From positions 1-64,000 of the forward strand of contig CAVUVW010000006.1 in the NCBI GenBank assembly GCA_963745035.1: a stretch of DNA of 64,000 nt, written 5' to 3'. This document shows positions 61,891 to 64,000 of this stretch, one piece after another. The position numbers were made by a program, and so were the translations under genes. Within the stretch, counting starts at the first letter, position 1. Each line of letters opens with the position of its first letter. The notes beneath the pieces are model-generated. The model saw nothing but the letters and a program-made list of their open reading frames with translations. It ran no database searches and was not told where the DNA came from. This DNA is from an uncultured delta proteobacterium. GTDB lineage: Bacteria; Desulfobacterota; Binatia; UBA9968.

Positions 61891-63033
61891 CTACTCTTTC
61901 TTCCCCTCCCGCCCTTTCATGATCTCTTTGATGAGATTGAACATCGGCGTCATGTCGGCGTACTTCGGATCGGAAACGTCGAAGTATTTCTTGCCGGGCT
62001 GCAAACGCATGACGGGCACGAGCGTATCCTTTGGAATATCTATTCTTCGCGAATTCGGCGCATCTTCGCCATAAAGATCCTGATATTTTTGCAGGGCGAT
62101 CTGGCCCCGGCGGGAAAGAAACCAGTTGATGAACACTTTCGCCGCGTTTGGATTAGGCCCGCCCTTGATGAGGCTCATCGAGCCGCCGCCGGAAGTGAGT
62201 TGAATGCCCTCTTTCCACTCGACGTTGTCGAGCTCGTCGACAGGCAATCCCTGGCTCTTCGCGCGCGCCGTGTCCCGGCAACCGACGCAGAGCGCGTATC
62301 TTCCTTGCGCCAGCCAATCGGTAATCTGACGGCGGTCCCTGCCAAACGTCGGCTGCATATCGCCGAATACTTTCCTGATATAGTCCGCGCCCAGATCGGG
62401 ATGATAATAAAAGAATTGCATCGACGCTCCGAGACCCGTGCCCGACGGTTCCTGAGAAACGTACTTTCCTTTCCACCGCGGCGTGACCAAATCCCAGTAG
62501 GATTTGAACTCCTTCGGATTCACCAGATTGGTATTGTAATAAAAGCCCGACGATGAAGGCATGGCAATATAGATCAAGACGTGGCGTTGCTCGGGGTCCG
62601 TATATCGGTGCCGCCCTTCGTACCATTTACTCTCGTCGAGCACCTCGGGCAGGATCAGCGTCGACTTTGATCGAATCGAGCGCTTTGCCTTCATAGAGTA
62701 TTTCGTAGTTGGTATTGGCGCCGCCGCTGAACAGATCGGCGAGCACATTGCCGGCGCGCATTTCGGAAATGATCCGGGTTCCTAAAGTGTTGCCGGCGCC
62801 GTTTACCGTAACGAATTTGATCTCGGGAAACTCCTTGCGGAACTCATTGAGAAGCGGCTCGCTGCCATAGCGGCCGACATAGAAATTCAACTTCCCTTCC
62901 TTCTTTGCCGCGGCGACGAGTCTTTTCCCAGGTCGTTTGCCAAGCCGGCTTTCCCTCTGCGGAGAATACCGAGCCCGGCGGATGTCAGATGAAGCCGCAA
63001 AGCAATAGGACAAGGCTAACCATCGCTTTCATG
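61891..63033 (-). CDS. Extracellular solute-binding protein (frameshifted)
   Basis: AAAKKEGKLNFY, SYWDLVTPRWKGK, PNPNAAKVFINWFLSRRGQ. Confidence 0.85.
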
Positions 63034-63034
63034 A

Positions 63035-64000
63035 TCATTTTCCCTCGCGCCCTTTCATGAATTCCTTGGCCAGCTGAAAGATCGGCGTCATGTCGGAATA
63101 CTTCGGGTCGGAGAAGTCGAAATAACGTCTGCCTTCCACCAGCCGGCTGCTGGCCGGCAGCATATCTTTGGGAATATCGATGCGCCGCGAATTCGGCGGA
63201 TCCTCGTTATAGAGATCTTCATATTTTTGCAGGGCAATCTGGCCGCGGCGCGACAAGAACCAGTTGATAAAGACCTTGGCGGCGTTGGGGTGCGGTCCAC
63301 CCTTGATGAGACCGAGAGAACCGCCGCCGGAAGAAATATGAGCGCCTTCCTTCCAATCGACCATGTCCATCTCGTTCACCGGCAATCCCTGCTTGCTGGC
63401 CTTTTCGGTATCGCGGCAACCCATGCAGAGCGCATATTTGCCCTGGGCCAGCCAGTCGGTCATCTGGCGCCGGTCTCTTGAATAGACCGGCTGCTGATCG
63501 ACGAATAGCTTGCGCAAAAATTCCGGCCCGAGCTCCGGGTGATAATAGAAAAATTGCAGTGACGGACCGATGCCGGTGCCGGAGGGCTCTTGGGAGACGA
63601 ATTTCCCTTTCCATTTAGGCTCGACCAGATCCCAAAAAGATTTGAAATCTTTCGGATTGACCAGGTTGGTGTTGTAATAAATGCTCGCGGAAGTCGGATT
63701 GGCGATGTAGATGAACACGTGCTGCTGTTCCGGATCGTTGTAGCGATGCTTGCCCCCGAACCACTTGGACTCGTCGAGCACTTCCGGCAAAATCAACGCC
63801 GAGCGAATCGAGTCGAGCACCTTTCCTTTGTAGAGTATCTCGAAATTCGTCACCGCGCCGCCACTGTAGAGATCCGCGACGACGTTGCCGGCGCGAGCTT
63901 CGGATACGATGCGCGTGCCCAATGAGTTGCCGGCGCCGTTGGTGCTGACAATTTTGATTTCCGGGAATTCCTTGCGAAAATCGTTGAGGAGTTTTTCGCT
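63035..64000 (-). CDS. Extracellular solute-binding protein, tandem paralogue (5' end outside window)
   Basis: Highly similar to 61891-63033 (LILPEVLDESKW, PHPNAAKVFINWFLSRRGQIALQ). Confidence 0.88.
   Translation of the reverse strand, partial: SEKLLNDFRKEFPEIKIVSTNGAGNSLGTRIVSEARAGNVVADLYSGGAVTNFEILYKGKVLDSIRSALILPEVLDESKWFGGKHRYNDPEQQHVFIYIANPTSASIYYNTNLVNPKDFKSFWDLVEPKWKGKFVSQEPSGTGIGPSLQFFYYHPELGPEFLRKLFVDQQPVYSRDRRQMTDWLAQGKYALCMGCRDTEKASKQGLPVNEMDMVDWKEGAHISSGGGSLGLIKGGPHPNAAKVFINWFLSRRGQIALQKYEDLYNEDPPNSRRIDIPKDMLPASSRLVEGRRYFDFSDPKYSDMTPIFQLAKEFMKGREGK

Noticed and set aside
61891-64000. Tandem similar solute-binding protein genes as a diversification system
   Set aside because: Divergence is spread along the genes as in ordinary paralogues; no reverse transcriptase or recombinase nearby.

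Overview
GC-rich bacterial chromosome segment. Gene style (many QQPKKVPRIGYL-type and tandem solute-binding proteins, abundant REP-like palindromes) suggests a deltaproteobacterium-like lineage such as Ca. Binatia (inference). Many genes, including core ones, are broken by single-base indels, most likely long-read errors. (1) 1-~14.6 kb: stacked integrative elements at tRNA-Arg(CCT) that duplicate the 5' half of the tRNA. The youngest has a tyrosine integrase, excisionase-like HTH genes, TerS-like and TerL genes but no capsid genes, plus cargo such as an IcmD-like pilin; an FRG gene and a decayed second integrase follow. (2) 14.8-28 kb: core genes moeB, rluB, scpBA, trpS, site-2 protease, xerD, glnD, amidase, mutS and a MerR-like HTH. 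(3) 28.2-44 kb, the highlight: a lexA-imuA-imuB-dnaE2 SOS mutagenesis operon with an integron built into it. All on the minus strand: lexA > intI > attI-1 + cassette array 1 > imuA-imuB > four-helix-bundle gene/higA > a second homologous attI + cassette array 2 > dnaE2. (4) 44-64 kb: recQ, a DUF433/PIN pair, sulfur/redox genes (ETHE1-like, molybdopterin oxidoreductase, 4Fe-4S-NrfD), catabolic enzymes and tandem solute-binding proteins.
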